Shown here: in pieces, positions 12,548 through 24,446 of the stretch
How the letters are laid out: every line of letters begins with the position of its first letter
Position numbering within the stretch: position 1 is the stretch's first letter
Assembly (NCBI GenBank): GCA_031835245.2
Contig: JAVKOQ020000007.1
Location: forward strand, 62,001 to 126,000
Source of the DNA: Balamuthia mandrillaris
Lineage: Eukaryota
Reading direction: 5' to 3'
DNA: 64,000 nt
Notes under the pieces: model-generated
Seen by the model: the letters and a program-made list of their open reading frames with translations, nothing else
Database searches by the model: none
What the model was told of the DNA's origin: nothing
Program-made: the position numbers and the translations under genes

Positions 12548-13568
12548 TCAGGAGGAGGAGGAGGAAGAGGACAAGATGGCAACGATGTCATCCATGGTGG
12601 GACGGTCCTTGGGGTCATACTGCCAGCACGCCTTCATCACTTTTTGCAACACCTCTGGAATGTCCTCCGGGATGTCCAGCGTTACCTCTGCGAAAAGAAA
12701 GGAGAACGCACATTTAACATAATGACGAGGAACCATAACAAAATAAAAGACAAGTACTCTGATCAACGACGGCGAGCGCAGCTTGCACAAGGGAGAGGTG
12801 AGGATATGGCTCCTCCCCAAAGTTGACGATCTCCCACAAGACCACCCCATAGCTCCACACATCCGACTTTTGGGAGTACATCTGTTGGGAGATGCTCTCT
12901 GGCGCCATCCTGCACAGAATATGAGACAAAGAGCATAACAAGCCAACGGCAAAACGCAAAATGAGGTTTGAAGAGCTCCGCACCATTTCAAAGGCCCAAC
13001 TTCAGACTTGGTCGTTTGTTCTTCTGTTGAGTCCGTGTCTCTTTTCAGCCGCGACAACCCAAAGTCTCACCATAAGAGAAGAAGAAAGGTAAAATCAGCG
13101 CTGAATCAAAGAAAGAATGAAGGAGCAGGAAGAGAAAGCAACAGTAAGGTACCACTGATTTTGATGGTGAACTCTTCAGTGAGCAACAAGTTGCGAGCAG
13201 CCAAGTCCCGATGAATGATCCCCTCCGAATGGAGATGGCACATGCCCACTGCGATCTCTCTCGCCATTTGCACCATCATCCGGTAGTTCACCATGGCCTC
13301 CCCTTCCTCGGACATGAGGAAGTGTCTCAAGTCTCCTTTGGCCATGAACTCAGTGACCACGTAGTGATTGTGCAAGTCGTCTTCGCACACTCCCAACAAA
13401 AGCAGCACGTTTCCGTGAGGACGCAGGTTTCTGGTTGTTGTTTTCCCAAAGTGAGCAAGACAAGAGAATCCAGAGACAAAGAAGGGGAAATAAAGCAAGA
13501 AATAGCTAAGGCCAACTTGACGAGGAAAACGAGAGAGCGAGAGCGAGGGAGAGAGAGCGAGAGCGAGG

Positions 13569-13609
<41 letters not shown>

Positions 13610-14815
13610 ACAAGAAGAAGAGGAAGGAGAGAAGGCAAGGTACTGCATGATTTCCATTTCACTTTTCAATTGTTCCAGCTCATTGTTGTGCTTCGCTAGA
13701 ATCTGCATTGATGTCAGCATTGAAGGCACTCACCACCACACAGAATCAACAGAAAAGAAAAGAGGAAGAATGGAGGGAGGGATGAGAACAAACTTGTTTG
13801 ATGGCCACGGCCGTTCCTCGCCACTTTCCTTTCATCACCACTCCAAATCCTCTGTGAACAAACAAAACACAAAACAAATCACCATAACCACATCAATAAG
13901 AAAAGGTGTAAGCTTTGAAAACACAAATCGACAATGAAAAGAATATGGTAATGATACCCCCGTCCAATCTCTTCACCGAGAGTCAACTCAGAGAACTGGA
14001 TGTTCCAACTGAAACCCATCCCTCTTTCATCATGCTCTGCGGAACCTCCCCTCCGAAGCTTCTTTCTTGGTTGCATGGGATTTCTTTGGTACATGTTCTC
14101 TCTGCCGTCTTCCAAGTCCTTCTGCATTCGTCTCGTCTTCTTCGCCTTGCTCTGTCTCCTCCTCAGCAGCACACCCACCACGATGGCAGTCACCAAAATG
14201 GACAAGAAGAGCAGACCGATAGTGAGGCCTAGGATGAGGGGAAGGTTGCTGTCACTGCTGGTGTCCGACTCACGTTCCGTGGCATCTTCAATATAGCCGA
14301 AATTAAAAGAAAGAGAAGAGGGTGAGAGGTGTTGGAAGAGGAAGATGAGCACACCACCAAACTAAAAAACAAGAAGAGCAAAAGAATGAAGAAGGAGAAG
14401 AAGGAGAAGAAGAAAATCCAGAAGGAGAAGCTGCGGAAGAATGGAGAAAAACGGATAAACCACAACCTGTGACATCACTTTCGCTGCCACTGGCGCTGCT
14501 CATGCTTGAACTGCCCTCCCCCTCACTGCTGGAGGGATCCACGGTGATGAGGGTGAAGGTGAAGGTGGTGGTGCATTGGGCCAAGGTGCCAAGGGCATCC
14601 TCCACCTGCACTGTGATGTTGTGCAGACCAACAGCCAGGAGGGTGCCCGCTGCTGGGCTTTGGGTGATGTTGATGGGACCATGACAAGTGCCCACCACAT
14701 GGAGGGAGGAGGCGTTGCTGAAATCCGGTACTGCCGTTTCCTCTACGGTCATGCCTTGCTCCACGGTGATGATTTCACTCCTGCCCTCGCTGCATGTGAT
14801 GATGGTGAGGGGTTG
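12548..14815 (-). pseudogene. Receptor-array copy C: HYR-like + TM + complete kinase, lacking its own start, signal peptide and N-terminal ectodomain
   Basis: All kinase exons and the TM exon (LPLILGLTIGLLFLSILVTAIVVGVLL) are present. The HYR exon begins abruptly at the junction at 14815-14816, fused to the DFG exon of copy D. Confidence 0.75.
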
Positions 14816-15211
14816 ACAACCCAAAGTCTCACCATAAGAGAAGAAGAAAGGTAAAATCAGCAGCTCATCAAAGAAAGAATGAAGGAGCAGGAAGAGATAA
14901 AGGGTAAAAAGCAACGGTAAGGTACCACTGATTTTGATGGTGAACTCTTCAGTGAGCAACAAGTTGCGAGCAGCCAAGTCTCGATGAATGATCCCCTCCG
15001 AATGGAGATGGCACATGCCCACTGCGATCTCTCTCGCCATTTGCACCATCATCCGGTAGTTCACCATGGCCTCCCCTTCCTCGGACATGAGGAAGTGTCT
15101 CAAGTCTCCTTTGGCCATGAACTCAGTGACCACGTAGTGATTGTGCAAGTCGTCTTCGCACACTCCCAACAAAAGCAGCACATTTCCGTGAGGCCGCAGG
15201 TTTCTGTTAAC

Positions 15212-15247
<36 letters not shown>

Positions 15248-15926
15248 GAGATCTTATGGTATGAGACTGAATAGAAGCAAACATACTGCATGATTTCCAT
15301 CTCGCTTCTCATCTGCTCCAGCTCGTCATTGTGCTTCGCAAGGATCTGCATTGGTGAGAATGTTAAGGCTAATTAAAAGTTGCATAGAGAAGTGAACAGC
15401 CACCGAACCTGTTTTATGGCCACGGGTGTGCCTCTCCACTTTCCTTTCATCACCACTCCAAACCCTCTGAAACGCGAAATAATAAGAAACGAAAAGAAAG
15501 AAGACACAACAAGACAGAAACACAGAAAGTACAAGTGAACATGGGAGCAACGCTGCATTTGCCTACCCTCGCCCAATCTCTTCGCCGAATGTCAACTCAG
15601 AGAACTGAATGTTCCAATTGAAGCCCAATCCGCTTGCTTCTCCACCTCCGTATCTTGCCCGGTTTGATTGCTTGCTTGGTTTGATGGGATTGCGTTGGTA
15701 CATGCTCTCTCCTCCTTCCTCCAAGTCTTTCTGCATTCTTCTCCGTTTCCCCAGGGTCCTTCGTCTCAACACCACTGCCACCACGATGGCTGCCACCAAG
15801 ATCAACAACAAGGGCAGACCCAGACCCAGGCCCAAGGCCAGAGGAAGTTCGCTCCCATTGTCTGCCCTCTTCTCTTCACTTGTGACTGTCACAGCAAAGG
15901 TCAGCATAACAGGCCAATGAAAAGAA

Positions 15927-15974
<48 letters not shown>

Positions 15975-17218
15975 CAAAACAAGAATGTTACCCGTATCGC
16001 TGCTATCATCATCACTGGAGCTCCCATCATTGACACTGCTTGTGCTGGCAGGATCCGCGGGGATGAAGGTGAAGGTGGTGGTGCATTGGAGCAAGGTGCC
16101 AAGGGCATCCTCCACCTGCACTGTGATGTTGTGCAGACCAACAGCCAGGAGGGTGCCCGCTGCTGGGCTTTGGGTGATGTTGATGGGACCATGGCAAGTG
16201 CCCACCACACGGAGGGAAGAGGCGGTGCTGAAATCCGGCACTGCCATCTCCCTCTCCTCTCCCTCCACGCTCATGCCCTCGCTGCATGTGATGATGGTGA
16301 GGGGTTGAGGAGCAAACGACCCGCATCCTTTTGTGTGTTCGCTTTATAAGCGATAGGAGACTTGAGGCAGGAAATATTAGCAGCAGCATACGTACCACTC
16401 ATGGAGTAAAACAGAGCATTGGCCATCAACTCTCTTCCATTTGTTTCCTTCATCCAACCACCGTTGTTCCTCCCCGGTGTATTATAGTCTTCTGAATCGG
16501 TTTGTCTTGAGACGGGATGAAAACCCAGGTCCACACGATTGCTCTTGTTGGGGCCGACTTCATCACGAACAGCCACCAACATCACCCCATCGTCAAAGGG
16601 AGCCACCACATAGGACCCTCCCGCCATCTTGCTCTCCACTTGACTAGGCAGAATCCTAGTGACAAGGGCATCTCCAGAGGTTCCAAAGGAGGTGACGTTG
16701 CGCATGATGGGGTGCTCCGGCAAGTACACCATTCCAAGGTTCTTTTCCCCGTATCCTCCGCCCTGAGTGATATCGAGAGTTCCGTCAGCGTTGGGGAGAA
16801 CCACGGAGGAATTTGAGGCAAAAGCTCCTTTGAGGCCGTAGTCTCCGCTGAAACCAGCCACAGCCAGCACCACGCCCCCGCCTTGCTCCACGTAGCCCTG
16901 CAACAGGTCTCCCAACACCTCCGGCTCTGCGAAGGGTTCTAATACAATAGTCGGGAATTCTGTAGCCAGACCGGACCAAACGAGGAGCGCGTCGAAGCTT
17001 TGCACGAGTTCTCCTAATGTTGGGAGAGAGCTCACGTTCACGAAGGTGATGCTCTCGAACCGTCCAGTTTCCTCCAACCGCAGCAGCACGTCCTCTCGGC
17101 AGCGCGAGTCCACTTCCGTGGTAATCAGCCCAATCCGTTGTCCGTAGATGCCGCGGCATGCCAGGAGAGCTATAAGCGTTACAAACAAACGCACTATAAC
17201 CGTCCGCAGTGGCAACAT
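14816..17218 (-). pseudogene. Receptor-array copy D: ectodomain + HYR + TM + kinase truncated just after DFG
   Basis: Intact from MLPLRTV to [17 protein letters not shown]. The spliced frame then runs into copy C sequence as [16 protein letters not shown]. It could still be expressed as a truncated protein. Confidence 0.75.
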
Positions 17219-17435
17219 TGCTCTTCTTTTTCACTTTTCTCTTTTGTTAGGTTTTTTATTCCCGACAGAAACTCCGCCCCTAACCGAGTAATGCTTTGCA
17301 GTACCAATTTACAAGACCATGAGGTCACGCTTAAATGAAGTGTACTCGTAATATAATGGCTGGTCATAAATAAATTATTGGCACAGTTTGTTTGGTAATC
17401 GCTGTACAGAATTAAAAATGACAACTTCTTGTTGC

Positions 17436-20418
17436 TCATTTGGAGGGAGGGGACAACATGGAGACGATGTCGTCCATGGTGGGGCGGTCCTTGGGGTCGT
17501 ACTGCCAGCATGCCTTCATGATGCCTTGCAGCACCTCTGGAATGTCTTCTGGGATCTCTGGCGTTGCTCCTGTTGACAAAAGGACAAGTCGCCTCAGAAA
17601 CAAGGAACAAAAAACAGAGATAAAAAACCGTGAGGACGTACTCTGATCAACGACGGCAAGAGCAGCTTGCACAAGAGAGAGGTGAGGATATGGCTCCTCC
17701 CCAAAGTTGACGATCTCCCACAAGACCACCCCATAGCTCCACACATCCGACTTTTGGGAGTACATCTGTTGGGAGATGCTCTCCGGCGCCATCCTGCACA
17801 GAATATGAGACAAAGCGCATAATACACAATAAGCCAACGGCAAAACGCAAAGTGAGGTTTGAAGAGCTCCGCACCATTTCAAAGGACCAACTTCAGACTT
17901 GGTCGTTTGTTCTTCTGTCTCCGTGTCCCTTTTCAGCCGCGACAATCCAAAGTCTCGTCATGCGAAGAAAAATAAGATAAAGCAGCAAAAGAAGGAACAA
18001 CGCCAAACAAAAGCACAGAGCAACGGTAAGGTACCACTGATTTTGATGGTGAACTCTTCAGTGAGCAACAAGTTGCGAGCAGCCAAGTCCCGATGAATGA
18101 TTCCCTCCGAATGAAGATGGCACATGCCCACTGCGATCTCTCTCGCCATTTGCACCATCATCTGGTAGTTCACCATGGCCTCCCCTTCCTCGGACATGAG
18201 GAAGTGTCTCAAGTCTCCTTTGGCCATGAACTCAGTGACCACGTAGTGATTGTGCAAGTCGTCTTCACACACTCCCAACAACAGAAGCACGTTTCCGTGA
18301 GGCCGCAGGTTTCTGATTTTTGTGTTGGTAGTGAGCAAGAGAAAAAGAGAAACAGAAACAGAAAGAGTAATAACAAGATAATAGAAGAAAAAAGAGAAAG
18401 AGACGCACTGCATGATTTCCATCTCACTTCTCATTTGTTCTAACTCGTCGTTGTGCTTGGCAAGAATCTTAAGTACAAATGAGTCAATAACGTAAAAAAT
18501 GTTGAAGATAGTGGGAGAGGAGAACCTGCTTGATGGCTACAGGAGTGCCTCGCCATTTCCCTTTCATCACCACTCCAAATCCTCTGTATGAAATGTTCAA
18601 AAACAAGAACAATGAAGATGAGATGTAAGTCATCACGAAAGAACCAGAATAAAAAAAGGTGAACCAATAAATAAAACGCTCAAAACAAACGATACCCTCG
18701 GCCAATCTCTTCGCCGAATGTCAACTCGGAGAACTGAATGTTCCAACTGAAGCCCATTCCTCTTTCTCCATCGCCCCCATATCCTGAGCGGAGATTTTGG
18801 GAGTGCTTTCCTGGCTTGATGGGATTGCGTTGGTACATGTTCTCTCCTCCATCCTCCAAGTCTTTCTGCATTCTTCTTGTCTTCTTCAGTTGGACCCTTC
18901 GCCAGAACAAAGCAGCGAAAATGGTGGCGCCCACCAGAAGTAACAGCAAGGGAAGCCCAAGACTGAGACCCAGGATGAGAGCAAGGTTGTCCTCACTGCT
19001 CGCCGAATCGCGTTCACTCAAGTCTTTCGATTCAAATGTAGAGTTTGCTTCTTAATAATTGAAGAAGCAGAACGGAGAAAAAGAGAAAGCGAATACAGAA
19101 GAAAAGGACAAGAAGAAAAAAAGAAAATGAAGAAAAAACCTGTGGTATCACTTTCGCTGCCACTGGCGCTGCTCTTGCTTGAACTGCCCTCCCCCTCACT
19201 GCTGGAGGGATCCACGGTGATGAGGGTGAAGGTGAAGGTGGTGGTGCATTGGGCCAAGGTGCCAAGGGCATCCTCCACCTGCACTGTGATGTTGTGCAGA
19301 CCAACAGCCAGGAGGGTGCCCGCTGCTGGGCTTTGGGTGATGTTGATGGGACCATGACAAGTGCCCACCACATGGAGGGAGGAGGCGTTGCTGAAATCCG
19401 GCACTGCCGTTTCTTCTACGGTCATGCCTTGCTCCACGGTGATGATTTCACTCCTGCCCTCGCTGCATGTGATGATGGTGAGGGGTTGAGGAGCAAACGA
19501 CCCGCATCCTGTTTTTTGTTTTCGTGTAAGTTTTGATAAAAAGAGTTCTAGCGAAGAGCAGGGAGGCACCCGAGGCCACTTACCGCTCATGGAGTAGAAC
19601 AGAGCGTTCGCGATGAGCTCTGCTCCTTGCGTTGTCCGGTTATAGCCACCCAAATTGCGACCTGGTTCATAATAATCGCTTCCCGTTTGTCTTGAGACAG
19701 GATGGAAGTTGAGGTCCACGCGATTGCTCTTGCTGACTCCTACTTCGTCACGAGCGGCCACCAGCACCAACCCATCGTTATAGGTCGCCAAGATGTAGGA
19801 GCCAGGAGCCATCTTGCTCTCCATTGCACTGGGCAAAATGTTGGAACGCAAGGAGACTCCGCTGGTGTTGAAAGCAGTGATATTGCGCATGACAGGGTGA
19901 TTGGGCAAGAAAGCCTCTCCTAGCCACATTCTAGAGGACCCTCCGCCCGCTGTAATGGAAACCTGGGAGCCGGCCTCCTGGGGCAGGATGACGGAGGAAT
20001 ATGCTGCGAAACCTCCTTTGAGGCCGTTGTTTCCGCTAAAACCAGCCACGGCCAGCACCACACCTCCGCCTTGCTCCACGTAGCCCTGCAGTAGGTCTCC
20101 CAACACCTCCGGCTCGGGGAAGGGCTGTATTTCGGCATATTGCGAGTCACTTCTATGCGAGGATAAGCCGGACCAAACGAGGAGGGCATCATAGTTTTGC
20201 ACAAGCTCTTCCAATGTGGGGAGGGAGCTCTCGTTGAGGTAGCTGACGCTCTCGAACCGCCCCGTTTCGTTCAGCCTCAGCGGTACGTCCGCTCGATTAC
20301 GCGGGTCAAAGTCCGTTGTGATGAGGCCGACCCTTTGTCCGCCAGCAGCAGAAATAACAAAAACGAGAACGAGAACCACCGCTGAAGCGACCAGCCATGC
20401 AGGACGAACCGCTTCCAT
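17436..20418 (-). CDS. Receptor-array copy E: single-pass receptor tyrosine-kinase-like protein (apparently intact, multi-exon)
   Basis: Same exon layout as copy B. Signal peptide MEAVRPAWLVASAVVLVLVFVISAAGG, TM LALILGLSLGLPLLLLLVGATIFAALFW and full kinase motifs. Confidence 0.88.
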
Positions 20419-20612
20419 TACTTGTTTTCTCCGTATTGCCGGCCTGCTCCGGTTCCTCCTGTGAAGAAAGCCGCTACAAGCACTACTTAGCGGTAATCAT
20501 CTTGTAAATGAAGAGGCAACGCAATCCCGAAAACAAACCCAACGAGGAATAAAAAATCACGTCGTCCTGGAAAATTAAATTTATTGTCGACTTCCATTAA
20601 TCTGAATATAAT

Positions 20613-20828
20613 GGGGGCGCATCCGTGGCCTATCGGTTCAACGTTGGTTCGTTGTTCCAAAGGTCGCGGTTTCAACTCCGACCATATCAACTCTTTCCTT
20701 TGCCCCAAGGATGACCCCACAAACATTGGAGGCTGCTGCCAGTTCAACAGGCGACCTGCCAGGAGGCCCAACTGGGTGTGGGTCGGGACTTGCTGCCTCA
20801 CCAACCAGAAAGATTTTAAACTCAATAC
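20613..20828 (+). mobile_element. tRNA-derived SINE (216 bp) with 14-bp target-site duplication
   Basis: Direct repeat AATCTGAATATAAT at 20599-20612 and 20829-20842. 5' GGGGG start, Pol III A-box-like TGGCCTATCGG (20626-20636), B-box-like GGTTTCAACTCC (20668-20679) and a short A-rich CAAT-type tail. Confidence 0.85.
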
Positions 20829-20935
20829 AATCTGAATATAATTTTTTATAATTTATCTCAAAATGTTGTCGACAAATTATAATAATTCGAAGAATTATTG
20901 AAGTAAAGAAAGAAAAAAAGAAGAGAAGAGAAGAG

Positions 20936-23006
20936 ATGGAGCGGGTGCCGCGCTTCAAGGAGGCCGTCATCGATCTGGTCTTCACCACCGTCAAGACCGC
21001 GCTCGCCACCGGGGTGATGGTGGCGGGGACCTACTTTTTGCTCAGCAAGATCCTCCCTTCCTCCGACAAAGAAGACAAGGCTGCGGAGTCGCTCGTCCTG
21101 CAGAGTTTGGAGGTACTTTTCTCTCATTTAAAAAAAAAGCTCCACAACGACACTGCATCCCTCGTGCACACTCACACTCACTCACCTTTTCTCTTTTTAT
21201 TTGGTCTCTCTCAAAAAAAAAAAACATAGAAACGGGGAAAGAAGCTTGCGCAACGATTGAACAGTTATGAGCGCATGATTGCTACCGAAATCGTGGACCC
21301 GGATGACATTGAGGCCAACTTTGAGGCCATCGGCGGTCTGAACGAGATCAAAGAGGCCCTGAGGGAAATGTTGTTGTTACCGATGAACCATCCGGAGTTG
21401 TTTGAGGGTCGTCCCTCCCGTTTGCTGCAATCGCCCAAAGGCATCCTTCTTTATGGCCCTCCTGGTTTGTCTTCCTTTCTTCCTTCTTCCTTCTTTTCTC
21501 TTGGCTGACTTGTTCTCTTGTTAAATAAAGGGACTGGCAAAACGATGTTGGCCAAGGCCATCGCCAAAGAAGGACAGCTCACTTTTATCAGTATGCTCTT
21601 TTTTTTTCGTTGTGTTGTGTTGTTTCAGGGGACCATGCCGATTGAACTCACACAACCGTTTACACACAGACATTCGACTATCAACCATCAACAACATGCT
21701 GCATGGAGAGTCTGAGAAACTCATTAAAGCCATCTTCACATTGGCCTGTAAGTTGCAGCCGTCTGTTATCTTTCTAGATGAGGTACTTTGCTTCCTATTT
21801 CCTCTTTTCTTTGCTCTCATTAATGACTGTGTTGCTATCTATGAATGAACTACAGATGGATAGCTTTTTTGGTAACTCGAGTCAGTATGAACATCAGGTT
21901 TATCTGCAGATGCGTGCAGAGTTTATGAGGTTCTCTTCTCCCATTGTCGTTTCGCTCTTCTCCTTTGTTTCGCTCATATTTTTTTTCTTATTTCAGTCTT
22001 TGGGATGGATTGTTGACGGACGACAATGCACGCATTATCGTAGTTGGTACTACCAACAAACCGCATCACCTCCACAGAGCCATATTGCGGCGCATGCCTC
22101 GCCAGTTTCTCGTCCCTCTGCCTAACTTTGAGCAACGCATCAAAATTCTCAAAGTTGTATCCTTTTCTCCTTTCTGTCTTTATTCTTATTGCGTCTTGTT
22201 TTTTTCTTTTGGTCTTGTTTTTCGCTTTCGTCATGTTTTTCTTTTACTCCCTTTTTTGAAATAAGATATTGAAAGGAGAGCCCGTGGAAGCAGGAATAGA
22301 TTTTAAAGCACTAGCCTCAAAGACAGCAGGTTTCTCAGGGAGCGACTTGAAAGAACTCTGTAAGAAAGCGGCATTGTTTCCATTACGTGACTTTCTTCGC
22401 AACGGCAACGACCCATCTCAACTACAACAAGACAAAGAAGAGGAAGAAGAAGAATCGGCAGAAGAGAAAAAGAAACCACAACTACGAGATATTTCGTTTG
22501 AAGACTTTATGGAAGCTTTGAAAGAAGTTAGACCAACTGGCGAGAAAGCGATGGCTTTTCGTTCACAAGATTTGGAGGAGGAACAAAACTTGTTTTTCGG
22601 GGGTGGAGGAAGAGAAGGAGCTAACGACGGTCGCAACGTGTTTGCAGAGCTGATGAACAACATGTTTGGAAGTAAGAGAGTGGAAGAAGTAGAAAGAGAA
22701 GAAGGAGAAAGGGAAGGGGGTGAAATGAGGAGTTGGGAGAAGAGGTTTGATGGCAGAGAAGGAGAAGCGATGTTGAAGCAGTTGTGTCGGAGTTATGGAG
22801 TGCCCTACAACGCGGATGCCACGAAGGAGCAAAGGCGGTTGTGTCTTGCTCGTTTGTGGGAATGCATCCATTCTGGTGTTGACGATCCTGGCTCTTCCGC
22901 TTCTTGTTCTATTTCTTCTTCTTCTCACTCGTTTTCTTCTTCTTCTTCTTCTTCTTCTTCACCTTCTTCTGGTGTTTCTCAACCTCACGAAGAAGAATTG
23001 GATTGA
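20936..23006 (+). CDS. ATAD1: ATAD1/Msp1-like membrane-anchored AAA+ ATPase (multi-exon)
   Basis: N-terminal TM, [49 protein letters not shown], Walker B IFLDE, AEFMSLWDGL, AILRRMP, GFSGSDLKELC. Confidence 0.92.
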
Positions 23007-23120
23007 AGTCGTTTTATAGTTGTTTATTTATCATTTATTTATTAAAAGAGATTCCATTTTTTAATAATAAATATAGCTATAGAGAAGGCGTAAAGGAGGT
23101 TTAGAGTCCCCCCCATCGCG

Positions 23121-24425
23121 ATGTTCTGTCGTCCACTCTCAACAGAGCCAGTTTGTGACCATCATCAACGAAAGCACTCGAAGCGGGGATGCCATGACCA
23201 TCAACAGGCGGAGAGGGAAGATGTAGAGCACAAAGAGAGCAACAACAGCGAAATGCGTGCGGCCCAAGGGAGCCCCCACGAGACGGGCGCTAAAGACTCA
23301 CAGCGGGAAGAAGAGCCAACAACTAAAAAGCACGAGGTCGTTTCGCTCCCTTCATCTAGTGACGATGACGACGGCGCCCAGAGGACTTGCTGTTGTTTGA
23401 TAGAGGTCATGCTGCCAGCGGAAGCGCTCTGTCTTATCTTGCAAGAGCTGCCCAAGGGGAGCGTGGCTCCAGCCTCCAGGACCTGCCGCCGATGGTTTGC
23501 CTGCAGCCCTCCTCACCTCCGACAGAAGCTCTATTATCGCTGGGCATGCTCCTCTCTGACCGCCTTGCAGTGGGCTTGCCTCCAAAAGCCTTTGCCAACG
23601 GACTTGGCGGTTAGCGTCTGCGATGTTGCTGCAATGAACGGAAGTTTGGAGGTGTTGGAGTGGGCCAGAGGGAACGGTTACCGTTGGAACGAACTAACGT
23701 GCAGCAAGGCCGCTGAGAATGGGCATTTGGAGGTGCTGAAATGGCTGAGAGAGCAGGGATGCCCATGGGACGAACAAACCTGCAGCTCTGCTGCTTGGAG
23801 CGGGCACTTGGAAATGTTGAAATGGGCCAGGGAGGAAGGATGTCCTTGGGATAACAACACCTGCCTCCGCGCTGCTGCAGGGGATCATTTCGAAGTACTG
23901 CGGTGGGCGCGAACGAACGGGTGCCCTTGGGATGAAAGAGTTTGCTTGTTTGCCGCGAGTAATGGACGCCTGGAAGTACTGCAATGGCTGAAGGAGAACG
24001 GGTGTCCGTGGGACTCTCGAACATGCGCAGCGGCTGCCTGTGGTGGCCATTTGGATGTGATAAAGTGGGCAAGAGAGAAGGGGTGCCCTTGGGACGAGCT
24101 AACTTGTGCCTCTGCTGCCATCCGTGGCCGGTTGGCGGTGTTGAAATGGGCAAGAGAGAATAGATGCCCTTGGAACGTGATAACCTGTGCCTCTGCTGCT
24201 TCCCTTGGTCATTTGGAGGTGTTGCAATGGGCCAGGGCGAACGGATGCCCTTGGGATGAGTCAATATGTTCCTGCGCTGCGTTGAACGGACACTTGGAGG
24301 TGTTGCAATGGGCCAGAGCGAACGGATGCCCTTGGAACCGGACGAATTGTGCCTCTGCTGCTGCCGACAATGGCCATTCGGAGGTGGTGGAATGGATAAG
24401 CAAAAACGGATGCACCGACAAATAA
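23121..24425 (+). CDS. Intronless ankyrin-repeat protein (GHLEVLxWARxNGCPW type) with N-terminal F-box-like segment
   Basis: About ten repeats of AAxxGHLEVLxWAxxNGCPWDxxTC. LPAEALCLILQELP..SRTCRRW resembles an F-box. Confidence 0.9.
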   Translation: MFCRPLSTEPVCDHHQRKHSKRGCHDHQQAEREDVEHKESNNSEMRAAQGSPHETGAKDSQREEEPTTKKHEVVSLPSSSDDDDGAQRTCCCLIEVMLPAEALCLILQELPKGSVAPASRTCRRWFACSPPHLRQKLYYRWACSSLTALQWACLQKPLPTDLAVSVCDVAAMNGSLEVLEWARGNGYRWNELTCSKAAENGHLEVLKWLREQGCPWDEQTCSSAAWSGHLEMLKWAREEGCPWDNNTCLRAAAGDHFEVLRWARTNGCPWDERVCLFAASNGRLEVLQWLKENGCPWDSRTCAAAACGGHLDVIKWAREKGCPWDELTCASAAIRGRLAVLKWARENRCPWNVITCASAASLGHLEVLQWARANGCPWDESICSCAALNGHLEVLQWARANGCPWNRTNCASAAADNGHSEVVEWISKNGCTDK

Positions 24426-24446
24426 GAAGAGAGACAAACGAACATG

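Noticed and set aside
6729..20418. CRISPR-like array or diversity-generating retroelement behind the receptor variation
   Set aside because: No repeat-spacer periodicity and no reverse transcriptase. The variation includes indels and does not look adenine-specific.
20613..20690. Possible functional tRNA gene
   Set aside because: No convincing acceptor stem or anticodon loop, and it is embedded in a TSD-flanked 216-bp unit. A SINE head fits better.
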